This document shows, in pieces, positions 10,350 through 20,322 of a DNA stretch of 64,000 nucleotides. Under the pieces are notes generated by a model. The model was not told the origin of the DNA. It searched no databases and worked only from the letters and a program-made list of their open reading frames with translations. The stretch comes from Dehalococcoidia bacterium UBA2158 (GTDB lineage Bacteria > Chloroflexota > Dehalococcoidia > Lucifugimonadales > UBA3495). The position numbers and the translations under genes were made by a program. The stretch is taken from NCBI GenBank assembly GCA_002328185.1, contig DCWQ01000021.1:31452-95451 (forward strand), given 5' to 3'. Position 1 is the stretch's first letter. The number at the start of each line of letters is the position of its first letter.

Positions 10350-11483
10350 ATGAAGATAATCATCGCCCCTCAGGGATTCAAAGGCGGCATCTCCGGTCTG
10401 GAGGCCGCCCGGGCCATCGCTCGTGGTGTCATGGCGGCCGCTCCCGATGCCGAGACGGTCCTGCTTCCGGTGGCCGACGGCGGCGATGGGACGCTGCACG
10501 CCCTCGTGGACGCCACTGGAGGTCAGATATTCACCAGCACGGTCACCGGCCCCATCAACCAGCAGGTGGAGGCCCAATGGGGCGTCATGGGTGAGGGCCG
10601 CACCGCCGTGATCGAGATGGCCCAGGCCTCGGGGTTGGCGATGGTCCCACCGCGCCGCCGCAACCCAAAAATCACCACCACCCTGGGCACCGGCCAGATA
10701 CTCAAAGAAGCGTCGGAAAGAGGTTTTGAGCGGGTCATTGTCGGTCTAGGGGGTAGCGCCACCAATGATGGAGGTGCCGGTATGGCGACTGCGCTGGGAG
10801 TCAGATTCCTCGACTCTGCTGGTAATGCCCTTCCGCCGGGCGGCGCCGCCCTGACGCAACTGGACCGAATCGACACATCAGGGGTGCTGAAGAGCATCGC
10901 CGGTGTGGAGATAATCGCCGCGACCGACGTGACCAACCCCCTGTGCGGGCCCACCGGCGCGTCAGAGATATTCGGCCCTCAAAAAGGAGCGTCGAAAGAG
11001 GTGGTTGCCGAGCTGGACGCCGCGCTCCGGAACTTCGCCCAGGTGGTACGAAGAGACACGGGGCACGACATTCTTGACATACCGGGTGCCGGAGCGGCCG
11101 GTGGGCTGGGTGCGGGGCTGGTCGCCTTCGCCGGGGCCAAGATTCAGTCTGGAATCGACATGGTCTGCCAGGTGTTGGGCTTTGAACGACATCTGGAAGG
11201 CGCAGACCTGGTGATCACCGGCGAGGGCCGGGCGGACCTGTCCACAGTCTTCGACAAAGCCCCTGTTGGCGTGGCGCGCCATGCCCAGGCCCACGGGGTG
11301 CCCACGGTGCTGCTGGCGGGCAGTCTGGGCGATGGGCACGAAGAGCTGTACAAACATGGCGTGGCGTCAGTGCTGTGCATATCGGACGGGACCATGACTT
11401 TTCAGCAGGCCCTGGGCCGGACGGGTGTGATGCTCGAAGGGACAGCGGAACGGGCGGTGCGGTTGTTTCTGTTGAAACCTTAG
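10350..11483 (+). CDS. glxK: Glycerate kinase (GlxK/GarK family)
   Basis: MKIIIAPQGFKG, VADGGDGT, GLGGSATNDGG, ITGEG. Confidence 0.92.
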   Translation: MKIIIAPQGFKGGISGLEAARAIARGVMAAAPDAETVLLPVADGGDGTLHALVDATGGQIFTSTVTGPINQQVEAQWGVMGEGRTAVIEMAQASGLAMVPPRRRNPKITTTLGTGQILKEASERGFERVIVGLGGSATNDGGAGMATALGVRFLDSAGNALPPGGAALTQLDRIDTSGVLKSIAGVEIIAATDVTNPLCGPTGASEIFGPQKGASKEVVAELDAALRNFAQVVRRDTGHDILDIPGAGAAGGLGAGLVAFAGAKIQSGIDMVCQVLGFERHLEGADLVITGEGRADLSTVFDKAPVGVARHAQAHGVPTVLLAGSLGDGHEELYKHGVASVLCISDGTMTFQQALGRTGVMLEGTAERAVRLFLLKP

Positions 11484-12724
11484 ATGATTCCCTGTTCCCT
11501 TAACCGGTCCAGATCCGCATCGGACATGCCTAAGTGGTGGCGGTAGACCAAGTCGTTGTCATGACCTAAGGGAACGGAACCGCGCCAGATCTTGCCTGGT
11601 GTTTCTGAGAATTTGGGGATGATACCAGTCCCTTTGACCTTCCTGCCAAGCTGCAGGTCATCCCACTCGGTATGTATTTCCCTGGCCCGGTAGTGGGGGT
11701 CTTCAGCGATGTCTTTGGTGGTCATCACGGCGCTGCAGCCAATCTGAGCCGCGTTCATTATCTCCACCACTTCTTTGACCGTATGGTCTTCCAACCAACC
11801 CCGCAGGATGGCATCGAATTCGATTCCGGGGATGGATTCAGGGTTGCTCCGGGCTTCTAGCCGGTACGCTGCGGTGGTGTCCATGCCCAACACCCTGCAT
11901 ACGCGGTCGAACACCGTCCCCAAGGCGGCGATGGCCACCCACCCGTCTTTGGCATGGTAGGTGCCAAAGGGTTGGCTCCGTCCACTCTGGTTGCCGCGGC
12001 GCTCGGGCACGATCTCTGTTTCGAAATACTCCACCATCGAGCCGGACATCACCTTGTGCACGGCCTCGTACTGCGCTAGATCGATCACCTGGCCTTTTCC
12101 GGTGCTTTGGGCATGGATATAAGCTGCCAGAGACGACCACAAACACATCTGGGAGGTGGTGTAATCTGCGGCCAGAGGTCTGGCAGTCATCGGTGGTTCC
12201 GGGTCCGCGGAGCCCGTGATTGCCATGGTTCCGCCAAACGCTTGGCCTATAGGGTCGTAGGAGGCCCGATTCAGATAGTCGGGGTGGCCGGTCTGCCCGT
12301 AACCGGATACGTGGGTGATTACGATTGCGGGATTTGCGGCCAAAACCGTCGCATCGTCCAAGTCCCATTCAGTAAACGTGCCAGCCTTGGAACTCTCCAT
12401 CCAGATATCGACTCCGGCTATCAACCGGAGGAACATCTCCCTGCCTTCACGGGAAGTGAAATCCAAGGTGGTATGGAAGGTGTTTCGCCGGTCTTGAAGC
12501 CACAGGGGATTAAACCTGAGGCCGTCTTTAACTTTGGTGACGACACCCGTGCCCCGGGTAACATCGCCGAAGCGCGGACGCTCTATCTGAATCACTTCGG
12601 CCCCCATCTCTGCCGCCAAAGCTGCGGCAAACGGCTGGGCGACGATGGTCCCGGTAGACAGGATGCGCACCCCTTGGAGCGGACCGAATTGCTCCGGAAG
12701 AAGCGACTCCGCTCTGGGCGACAT
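11480..12724 (-). CDS. Class III CoA-transferase (CaiB/BaiF)
   Basis: GPLQGVRIL, GAEVIQIE, SGYGQTG, catalytic Asp in LAADY. Confidence 0.9.
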   Translation of the reverse strand: MSPRAESLLPEQFGPLQGVRILSTGTIVAQPFAAALAAEMGAEVIQIERPRFGDVTRGTGVVTKVKDGLRFNPLWLQDRRNTFHTTLDFTSREGREMFLRLIAGVDIWMESSKAGTFTEWDLDDATVLAANPAIVITHVSGYGQTGHPDYLNRASYDPIGQAFGGTMAITGSADPEPPMTARPLAADYTTSQMCLWSSLAAYIHAQSTGKGQVIDLAQYEAVHKVMSGSMVEYFETEIVPERRGNQSGRSQPFGTYHAKDGWVAIAALGTVFDRVCRVLGMDTTAAYRLEARSNPESIPGIEFDAILRGWLEDHTVKEVVEIMNAAQIGCSAVMTTKDIAEDPHYRAREIHTEWDDLQLGRKVKGTGIIPKFSETPGKIWRGSVPLGHDNDLVYRHHLGMSDADLDRLREQGII

Positions 12725-13126
12725 TTAGACGATCCGCTCTTTGGTGAATCCCAAGACCTGGGCGGATAGCTCGATAGACCGCTCGGCGTCGATCTCGTCG
12801 AAGGCTTCAGAGCAGGTGCCGCTGGGCAGGAACTCGGGATACCGGGTGATGTAGTGGTATTTATCCAATTGGCGGGCTTCCGCCTTCACGGTGTCGAACA
12901 TCATGTCGAAGAGTTTGGCATCCTCGCACAGGTCCAGGAGCGAATGACCCCAGACGTCCTCGACCCGCTTGTGGTACAGGTAGGCTTTGATGGCCTTTTC
13001 CGCCGCCTGCTGTCCCATGAAGCAGGCCAGGTTGTGCCGCCCGCCTTCTTTTAGGAATTTGGCGTCTTCCAAATCTTGTTCTGCCTGGCGCAACCAGCGG
13101 GCGCCCTCTGCCAGGTAATCAGCCAT
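12725..13126 (-). CDS. HEPN domain protein
   Basis: [35 protein letters not shown]. Confidence 0.9.
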   Translation of the reverse strand: MADYLAEGARWLRQAEQDLEDAKFLKEGGRHNLACFMGQQAAEKAIKAYLYHKRVEDVWGHSLLDLCEDAKLFDMMFDTVKAEARQLDKYHYITRYPEFLPSGTCSEAFDEIDAERSIELSAQVLGFTKERIV

Positions 13127-13463
13127 TGTTAAATATCTCCCGTCCTTCACGGCAGGCTTTGGCCAACGCCGGCAGCTTCTCCTTCATATCCTCGAACTCT
13201 GCCGGAGTGTAGACCAGGGTGTCTATGTCTGTGGAGCTTGGCAGGTGGTACGAGAAGAAATCGGCGCGCCGTCCGAAGGAATATTCTGTGTCATGGACGA
13301 TGATTAGCTCTATCTTGGTGTCGGGTTTGTAGTCGCCGGCGGCCATGTCGCCGCTCAGTATGACCTTCTCGACTCCCAGAATGGGGATCATCTCCTCGAT
13401 CACTACCAAGTCCCGCTCCAGCATCTGCCTGCGGAACTCGCCAAATCCAACGCGCATGGGCAT
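13119..13463 (-). CDS. Minimal nucleotidyltransferase (MNT)-like protein with degenerate active site
   Basis: [26 protein letters not shown] and [11 protein letters not shown]; overlaps HEPN gene start. Confidence 0.75.
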   Translation of the reverse strand: MPMRVGFGEFRRQMLERDLVVIEEMIPILGVEKVILSGDMAAGDYKPDTKIELIIVHDTEYSFGRRADFFSYHLPSSTDIDTLVYTPAEFEDMKEKLPALAKACREGREIFNNG

Positions 13464-13523
13464 GTGGGTTCACCTTTTTTGGTGGGTGGGTCTTTGGAAT
13501 TTGGGGGCGAAGAGTCGAGAGAG

Positions 13524-13563
13524 CCCCCATCCCAACCTTCCCCCGTTGCGACGAGGGAAGGGA
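13524..13563. repeat. REP-like palindrome (CCCCATCCCAACCTTCCCCC..GGGAAGGG family)
   Basis: Near-identical copy at 41480-41520, related copies at 6252, 7305, 21347. Confidence 0.7.
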
Positions 13564-13571
13564 TTGTTGTT

Positions 13572-14330
13572 CTACCCTAAAATGACCATGTGGACTTCTT
13601 TGGGGCCGTGGACGCCTTCTATGATGGTCATTTCTATGTCTGCTGTGCGGCTGGGCCCGGTGATGAAGTTCAGGTAGCTGCCCATCTCGCCGCCCCGCTG
13701 ATGATACTCCAGCCGGCGTAACAAGAACAGGTCATCTAGAGACTCTAATATGTCCTTGGGGCGCACCAACGCGATGTGGACCGGCGGCACCAGGGACACC
13801 AAGCGGCTCAACCCTTGTCTGGGCAAAACGACCAGCGACCCGGTCTCGGCCAGGGCGTAGTCAGCCCCCGTAATGCCGATGCCGGACTGCCGTATCTCTT
13901 CCCGCAGCGCCTCTCGCGTGTTCGTCTCATCCCGTTCGACCGTGGTCACCTTCAGCCCCATGTTGGCCAGGGCTGCGTCCACGGGAACCGAGTCAAAGAC
14001 GTCTTGGGCAGAGCGGACGACGTTGGTGGCTTCAGAGTCGCGAGCCACGGACTCGATGTAACCGATGGCCTCTTCCACTCCCAAAGCCCGGTGGACATTC
14101 CAGCCGCCCAGGGCGGCCATCTCGGCCAGTTTGTCCAGGAGGGCCGGCAGGTTCTCTTCCAGCCGTTTGCGAATCTGGGAGGATTGTTCCTCCATCTCCA
14201 GTACAGTGTCAGTCAAACGTGGGTAAGGCTCTGCAGGAGGAACGTCGCCGCGGCCCAGCGCTTGTCGCACCGATCGGAGAAATTCTGCCTTGGGCGTTCC
14301 CAGCAGTTCGCTGGACTCAGGAGTCGTCAC
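13572..14330 (-). CDS. lutC: Lactate utilization protein C (LUD domain)
   Basis: ALAETGSLV, SLVPPVHIA, FITGPSRTADIE..GVHGP. Confidence 0.9.
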   Translation of the reverse strand: MTTPESSELLGTPKAEFLRSVRQALGRGDVPPAEPYPRLTDTVLEMEEQSSQIRKRLEENLPALLDKLAEMAALGGWNVHRALGVEEAIGYIESVARDSEATNVVRSAQDVFDSVPVDAALANMGLKVTTVERDETNTREALREEIRQSGIGITGADYALAETGSLVVLPRQGLSRLVSLVPPVHIALVRPKDILESLDDLFLLRRLEYHQRGGEMGSYLNFITGPSRTADIEMTIIEGVHGPKEVHMVILG

Positions 14331-15792
14331 GAGACAACCCTTTCTCCCATAGTTCATGGAAAGTCTGCTTGGGCAGGGTGGGCAGGTCTCTAGCCTTATT
14401 CCACTTCGACAAAGGCGGCAGCGGCGCGGACCTGATCCATTTTCCGTCCTTGGTCAGAGGCGAGAAGAACGGCATCAGATGTTCGGCTTTCTGCAAAATC
14501 CGTCCTAACCTAGCGGCCATGCGCAACAGACCAGGACTGCTCATCAATCTGGCGTAGGCCCGGGCGAAGAGCCGTTCGCTGGCCGGCGCGGAACGTACAT
14601 CCGGGTCGGGACTCTCGGCGGTCTTCTTCCTCAGGTCCAAGAGCATCCTGGGGATATTTATATTGATGGGACAGACCTCGCGGCAGGCCCCGCAGAGACT
14701 GGAGGCTTGGGGCAGCTCGCTAGCCTGTTTCAGACCGACCAGCATGGACGAGACCACCGCGCCGATGGGGCCGGGATAGACCCAACCGTAGGCGTGGCCG
14801 CCTATACGGGCGTAGATCGGGCAGATGTTCAAGCAGGCCCCGCAGCGGATGCAGTACAAGGCCTCCCGCAGCGTCGGGTCCGCCAGCATCTTGGAGCGTC
14901 CGTTGTCCACCAGGATGAGATGGAACTCCTCAGGCCCGTCCTCGTCGTCAGAGCGCCGGGGCCCAGTGGTCATGCTCACATAGCTGGTGATACGCTGGCC
15001 GGTGGCAGACTGGGGCAGTATCCGGAGGAAGATGGACAGGTCCTGCATGGACGGAATGACCTTCTCCATGCCGGTAATGCCGATGTGTATCCGGGGGGCC
15101 GAGGTGCAGAGACGGCCGTTGCCCTCATTGGTGATGATCACTAGCGTGCCGGTCTCGGCGACCACGAAGTTGGCCCCGCTGATGCCAAGGTCGGCCTCCA
15201 TGAACTTGTCCCGCAAAACCTCACGGGCAGTGGCGGCCATGTGGTAGATGTCCTCGTCGTAGGGGATGCCCAGCTTCTCGGTGAACAGCTCAGCCACGTC
15301 CTCTTTGGACTTGTGCAACGCCGGGGCGACCAGGTGGGAAGGGGTTTCTTCGGCCAGTTGGATTATGTACTCGCCCAGGTCTGTCTCCCATACCTCCACA
15401 CCCATGGCTTCCAAGACGGGGTTCAGGCCCAGTTCCTCGGACACCATGCTCTTGCTCTTGGTGGCGATCTTCACGTTCCGGGTGCGGGCGATGTGGGCGA
15501 CAATCTCATTGGCTTGATCGGCGTCCTTGGCGAAGTGAAGGTGCCCACCGGCGGCGATGATATTGGTGTAGAGCAAGTCCAGGTAGTAATCAAGGTGCTC
15601 GATGGTGTGGGCCTTGATATCCCGGGCTTCCTGCCGCCAAGTGTCCCAGACCTCGGGGGTGGCGTCGGCGACGCGGGCTAGGCGAGCTACTTCGAAACCG
15701 GAAGCCACGCGGTCCAGTGCCCGGCGTAGTTTGGGGTCAGAAATCGCAGCGGCTGACGCGGAGGAAAATTCTTGTGTCTTTATCTCGGGCAA
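14317..15792 (-). CDS. lutB: Lactate utilization iron-sulfur protein B (LutB/LldF)
   Basis: KSKSMVSEE, ETDLGEYI, TNEGN, CIRCGACLNICP, SSLCGACREVCP. Confidence 0.93.
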   Translation of the reverse strand: MPEIKTQEFSSASAAAISDPKLRRALDRVASGFEVARLARVADATPEVWDTWRQEARDIKAHTIEHLDYYLDLLYTNIIAAGGHLHFAKDADQANEIVAHIARTRNVKIATKSKSMVSEELGLNPVLEAMGVEVWETDLGEYIIQLAEETPSHLVAPALHKSKEDVAELFTEKLGIPYDEDIYHMAATAREVLRDKFMEADLGISGANFVVAETGTLVIITNEGNGRLCTSAPRIHIGITGMEKVIPSMQDLSIFLRILPQSATGQRITSYVSMTTGPRRSDDEDGPEEFHLILVDNGRSKMLADPTLREALYCIRCGACLNICPIYARIGGHAYGWVYPGPIGAVVSSMLVGLKQASELPQASSLCGACREVCPININIPRMLLDLRKKTAESPDPDVRSAPASERLFARAYARLMSSPGLLRMAARLGRILQKAEHLMPFFSPLTKDGKWIRSAPLPPLSKWNKARDLPTLPKQTFHELWEKGLSRDDS

Positions 15793-15803
15793 TAGAGTCA
15801 GGC

Positions 15804-16565
15804 CTATTTAGATTCGGCGTCCAGGATCTGGGCCAGGTGCCGGATCTTGATGTTCGACCCCTGACGGTTCAACGCCCCGCCCATGTTCATCAGGCAGCTC
15901 ATGTCGCAGGACACCAGTGTTTCGGCGCCGCTGGCCTGTACGTTGGCGATCTTGTCGCCGACCATGCCCTCGGAGATATGGGGGAATTTCACCGAGAAGG
16001 TGCCGCCAAAGCCGCAGCAGATCTTGGCGCCCTCCAGTTCTTTCTCTTCCAGTCCGGGCACGGAGTTGAGCAATTTGCGGGGCTGGGTTTTAACGCCCAA
16101 TTCGCGCATGAGATGGCAACTGGGGTGGTAGACGGCGGCCCCCTGGTAGGTGGCGCCGCAGACCGATGCGTCCTCAACCTTCAGGACATCCACCAGGAAC
16201 TCAGAGAATTCGTAGGTCTTGGCGGCCAGGGTCTTGGCTTGTTCAAGCAGTTCAGGTTCTTCCGCAAAAAGTTCGAGATAAAAGATTCGCAGCGTAGCGG
16301 CGCAGGAACCCGACGGCACAACCACGTATTCGCTATTTTTGAACTGTTCTAGAGCGCGCTTAGCCAGGGTGCGAGCCTCTTTGTTGAAGCCGGTGTTGTA
16401 GACCGGTTGGCCGCAGCAGGTCTGGTCCTTGGGGAAGCCAATGATGACGCCCAGCCGCCGCAGCACATTGACCACGCTGACACCGACCTCGGGGTAGAGC
16501 TGGTCGATGATGCATGTGACGTAAAGATCGGCGGTGATGTGGGCTTTCTGGGTCAAGAGGCTCAC
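15804..16565 (-). CDS. lutA: Lactate utilization protein A (CCG-domain Fe-S protein)
   Basis: QTCCGQP, PSGSC, YHPSCH, CCGFGGTFS. Confidence 0.92.
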   Translation of the reverse strand: MSLLTQKAHITADLYVTCIIDQLYPEVGVSVVNVLRRLGVIIGFPKDQTCCGQPVYNTGFNKEARTLAKRALEQFKNSEYVVVPSGSCAATLRIFYLELFAEEPELLEQAKTLAAKTYEFSEFLVDVLKVEDASVCGATYQGAAVYHPSCHLMRELGVKTQPRKLLNSVPGLEEKELEGAKICCGFGGTFSVKFPHISEGMVGDKIANVQASGAETLVSCDMSCLMNMGGALNRQGSNIKIRHLAQILDAESK

Positions 16566-16672
16566 TTCCGTATCTGGGTATGGGAAGCGTAACAGAGGCG
16601 TGGACAGCTAGCAACTTTGGGGAGTAGTAAAATGCTTGCAAGACACCAGTGAATTATCATCCGAGGAATGTG

Positions 16673-17293
16673 ATGTACAACCCCAAATACTACGAAGTTA
16701 CCGATAAAACCAAGTTGTTCGAATTCATGCAGGACAACAGCTTTGGCATCCTGTTCTCCCACACTGGCGACGAGCCTATGGCCACCCATCTGCCGTTCGT
16801 CATAGATGGGCAAAGCGGAGAGCAGGGGCTCATTCTAGGGCACATGGCCAAGGCCAACCGCCAGTGGCGTTATGCCGACGGTCAGCAGGTGATGGTAGTC
16901 TTTCATGGCCCCCACACCTACGTGTCGCCGACCTGGTATCAGGAAGAAGAGGTGGTGCCGACCTGGAATTATGTCGCCGTCCACGTCACCGGCATCTTCC
17001 GAGCCTTTGAAGACAAGAAAGGGATGGAAGAGACTGTCGCCAGGCTTACGGCCCAACATGAGGCATCCCAACCCAAGCCATGGCAGATGGATTTCAACAC
17101 CGAATATTCGGACCAGATGCTCAAGCGAGTCGTCGGATTCCAGATCGAGATAACCTCGCTACAGGGTAAGTGGAAGCTGAACCAGAACCAGTCAGACGAG
17201 CGCCGCAAGCGAGTAGCCAAGCAACTCAAAATCGCGGGTGGAGAGGTCAATATTCGGGTGGCTGAGTTGATTGATGAAGATATCGCGGGGTAA
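16673..17293 (+). CDS. paiB: PaiB-family FMN/heme-binding protein
   Basis: GHMAKAN, GPHTYVSPTWY, VPTWNY, KLNQN. Confidence 0.88.
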   Translation: MYNPKYYEVTDKTKLFEFMQDNSFGILFSHTGDEPMATHLPFVIDGQSGEQGLILGHMAKANRQWRYADGQQVMVVFHGPHTYVSPTWYQEEEVVPTWNYVAVHVTGIFRAFEDKKGMEETVARLTAQHEASQPKPWQMDFNTEYSDQMLKRVVGFQIEITSLQGKWKLNQNQSDERRKRVAKQLKIAGGEVNIRVAELIDEDIAG

Positions 17294-17296
17294 CTG

Positions 17297-18418
17297 GTGC
17301 TAGAAAAGTCTGCAGATGTCGTGATAATCGGTGGCGGTGTGATCGGGTGCTCCATCGCCTATCAACTTGCCAAGCAGCAGGTGCGCGTGGTGGTCTTGGA
17401 GCGCACCCGGTTTGCCGCCGGGGCTTCGGGCGCCACGGCTGGAGTGATCTCGCCGTTGTGGCACGTGGACCCTGATATTGAGCCAATGTGGCGCTTGGGC
17501 ATGCGCAGCCTGGAACTCTTCCCGTCGTTGGCGTCGGAGCTGTCCGAAGCTGGAGTCGACCCTGAATTCCGCCAGGCCGGGGTGTTCAAGTTGGCCTTTA
17601 CGGACAAAGAGGCCGAGGAACTGCAACGGAACTTGGTTTGGCAGAGTAAATTGGGGCTTGGGGTTGCCTGGCTGGATCAAGCAGAGGCTCTCCAGCGAGA
17701 ACCGGAGGCCAGTACGGCGGTCTTGGGCGGTATTTTCTCTCCCAAAGAGGGGCACGTCCGGGGCCGGCGGTTGGTGGACTCTTTGGTCCAAGTCGCCAGC
17801 CGATTGGGCGCGCAGTTTCATCAAGGAGTTGAGGTCCTCAACTTTCGGAAAGAGGGGAATCGGGTAAGTGGGGTGGTCACGTCTTGGGGTAGCGTCAATG
17901 CGCCTCAGGTAGTGCTGGCCGCTGGGCCCTCGAGTGGGCTCCCCGCCAGATGGCTACAGCAGCAAGGGGCGCCGGAGATTCCAGTGCGACCGGTCAAGGG
18001 AGAAAGAATCTTGCTGCGTAAGCCCGGTTTCCTGCCCCGCTCGCCTGTCCGGAACTCCGAGGCCTACGTGGTGCCCAGGATGGACGGAGACGTGTTGGTA
18101 GCAGCCACTCGAGTAGAAAGCCGGTTCGACGAAGTGGTGACCGCCGCCGGCGTCAGTCATTTGATCGCCGCGGCGGTCTTGAGTTTTCCCAGCTTGGCTC
18201 ATGCCGAATTCGTGTCCGGCCGGGCTGGGGTGAGGCCGGCCACGCCGGATGGCATGCCGGTCTTGGGTCCGGTGCCAGACGTTGAAGGACTCAGCATAGC
18301 GGCGGGACACGACTCGGTAGGCATCATGCTTAGCCCCGCCACTGCCGAGATGATGGCCCAGTTTCTGCTGGATGGGAACGCAGCGTCGCTGGAACCCTTC
18401 AGTATCTCGCGGTTTTAG
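17297..18418 (+). CDS. thiO: Glycine oxidase ThiO-like FAD-dependent oxidoreductase
   Basis: GGGVIG, ASGATAG, RPVKG, GVRPATPDG. Confidence 0.75.
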   Translation: MLEKSADVVIIGGGVIGCSIAYQLAKQQVRVVVLERTRFAAGASGATAGVISPLWHVDPDIEPMWRLGMRSLELFPSLASELSEAGVDPEFRQAGVFKLAFTDKEAEELQRNLVWQSKLGLGVAWLDQAEALQREPEASTAVLGGIFSPKEGHVRGRRLVDSLVQVASRLGAQFHQGVEVLNFRKEGNRVSGVVTSWGSVNAPQVVLAAGPSSGLPARWLQQQGAPEIPVRPVKGERILLRKPGFLPRSPVRNSEAYVVPRMDGDVLVAATRVESRFDEVVTAAGVSHLIAAAVLSFPSLAHAEFVSGRAGVRPATPDGMPVLGPVPDVEGLSIAAGHDSVGIMLSPATAEMMAQFLLDGNAASLEPFSISRF

Positions 18419-18429
18419 CCCGTTAGACA

Positions 18430-18464
18430 AACGTAGGGGCACGGCATTTCCGTGCCCCTACGTT
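18430..18464. terminator. Perfect hairpin between convergent genes (bidirectional terminator / GTAG-type REP)
   Basis: aacgtaggggcacgg-cattt-ccgtgcccctacgtt. Confidence 0.75.
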
Positions 18465-18485
18465 ATTTATTACCGTGTTTGCAGG

Positions 18486-20159
18486 CTACGCAGACAACGC
18501 CACGTCCAATATGGCCACTTTGCCCTCGGCAACGGCTGTCAGGCCGTCTTTGATGGCGCCTGCCAGGCGTTTGGGGTCTTCCACGCGCTCTCCGTGGCCG
18601 CCGAAGGGGGTTACCAGCTCCTGGTAATCAGGGCCCGGGATGCTTACGCCGTGGAAGATGCCCGACTTGGCGGCGTCGCCGTCCGGGTAGAACGACAGGT
18701 GCAGCCGCTTCATGGCGGCATAACTGGAGTTGTTGAACACCACGATCATGATGGGCAGGTCGCTCTCTCTGGCCACGCCCAGGGCTTGGGTGATCGGGTT
18801 ATACAGCATCGAGCCGTCGCCCACCAGGGCAACCACCGGCCGGTCGGGAGCTGCCAGTTTCACGCCTAAAGCTGTGCCAAGTCCCTGTCCAAGACCGCCT
18901 ACCGAGTGGATGTAACTCTGGGGATTGTCCCAGTTGATACGTCGCAGGATCTGGGCCCGGTGGGTGATCGTCTCGTCGATGAAGATGGTATTGGACGGCA
19001 GAATTTCGTTCAAAGCATTGCAGAGGACACCGGTGTCGATCGGGCTGGAGTTGGCAACCTTCTCATCGATCGCCCGGTACTTTTCCCACACCCCGCCGTT
19101 GCTAGCGTAGGCGTTTGCCTTGCCGCCCTTGGACTTGACCGCCTTAGCCAACAGTTGCAGCGAGGCTGCTACATCGCCCTCAAGATAGTCGTCAGCTCCA
19201 ATGTCCTGGTAGACCATGTACTCCTTTAGGGGGTTCTCGTCAATCGCTACCACGGTGGCATTTTCCGGGTTGGCGCTGGCAGGATACCAGGGAGCCCTGT
19301 TGCCTACGATCAAGAACAGGTCGAACTCGTCCATCCTGGGTTTCAGGTCATAGCCATTGTGCAGCGGATGACTCTTGGGGAAGTTGGCGTAGTTGGGACC
19401 CTCCGACTCGAAAACGGGTATGGACAGGGTCTCAGCCAAGGCTACCAGGGCGTTGAACCCCTCGGCGCTCTTTCCGGAGGAGTCGGCCACGATGACCGGA
19501 TTCTTGCTCTGGATCAGCAGGTCTGCTATCCGCTCGACGTCTGATGATTCCGGCCGCATCTTGGGGGCCGGAGGCTTGTTCTTGAATTTCTTGGGCGGGG
19601 TCCACTCCTCCATCATCGTCTCCATGGGGACGTTCAGGAACGTAGGACCTTTGGGAGTCCGCTGGGCCATCTCACCGGCCCGGCTGAATGTCTCATAGAT
19701 CACCTCGGCGCTGGTCACCCGGCTGCTCCACTTGGTGATGGAGTCCACCAGTCGGTTGGGGCCGCCGACGATGCTCAGGTTGCGCAGCCATTGGGGACCA
19801 GGGTCGAAACCGTCGGCCTCTCCATAGGTCTCGGTTTCACCGGAAGCCACCAGCACTGGGATCTCAGCCGTGAATGCTCCGTGGATGCCCATGGAACCTT
19901 GGAGCACGCCAGCGCCGGCGTGTAGCAACACCGCCTGCATGCGTCCTGTGATCCGCGTGTAGCCGATGGCCATGTCCACGGCCAGGGTCTCGTGCCAAGT
20001 GTTGATGTATTTGGGGCCGGGCTCCTCATTGATGGCCTGCCGGGCCAACGCCTCCCACACCGCGGGCCACTCAGAGCCGGGCGAGGAGATGATGTAATCG
20101 ACGTCGAGCTTACGTAGGGCTTCGAGGACGGCGTCGCCGCCGTCTTTGTGCTGGGCCAT
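18486..20159 (-). CDS. Thiamine-diphosphate-dependent enzyme (ALS/benzoylformate decarboxylase-like)
   Basis: WHE catalytic Glu, GDGS...NN ThDP motif; GGAGG RBS before MAQHKDGG. Confidence 0.88.
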   Translation of the reverse strand: MAQHKDGGDAVLEALRKLDVDYIISSPGSEWPAVWEALARQAINEEPGPKYINTWHETLAVDMAIGYTRITGRMQAVLLHAGAGVLQGSMGIHGAFTAEIPVLVASGETETYGEADGFDPGPQWLRNLSIVGGPNRLVDSITKWSSRVTSAEVIYETFSRAGEMAQRTPKGPTFLNVPMETMMEEWTPPKKFKNKPPAPKMRPESSDVERIADLLIQSKNPVIVADSSGKSAEGFNALVALAETLSIPVFESEGPNYANFPKSHPLHNGYDLKPRMDEFDLFLIVGNRAPWYPASANPENATVVAIDENPLKEYMVYQDIGADDYLEGDVAASLQLLAKAVKSKGGKANAYASNGGVWEKYRAIDEKVANSSPIDTGVLCNALNEILPSNTIFIDETITHRAQILRRINWDNPQSYIHSVGGLGQGLGTALGVKLAAPDRPVVALVGDGSMLYNPITQALGVARESDLPIMIVVFNNSSYAAMKRLHLSFYPDGDAAKSGIFHGVSIPGPDYQELVTPFGGHGERVEDPKRLAGAIKDGLTAVAEGKVAILDVALSA

Positions 20160-20322
20160 CGGAGGTTCCTCCCGAATATCTACTATTGTTATCGTTGCTG
20201 GGGAATTTCCGCTCATTATACAGACTATTCACAGCCTTGACGCCGGTGGTTCTCGAATATATCCTCAGGCGCGATATACGTGTCCAATTCCAACTCGCGT
20301 GTCAGTCAGATATGGAGGAGCC

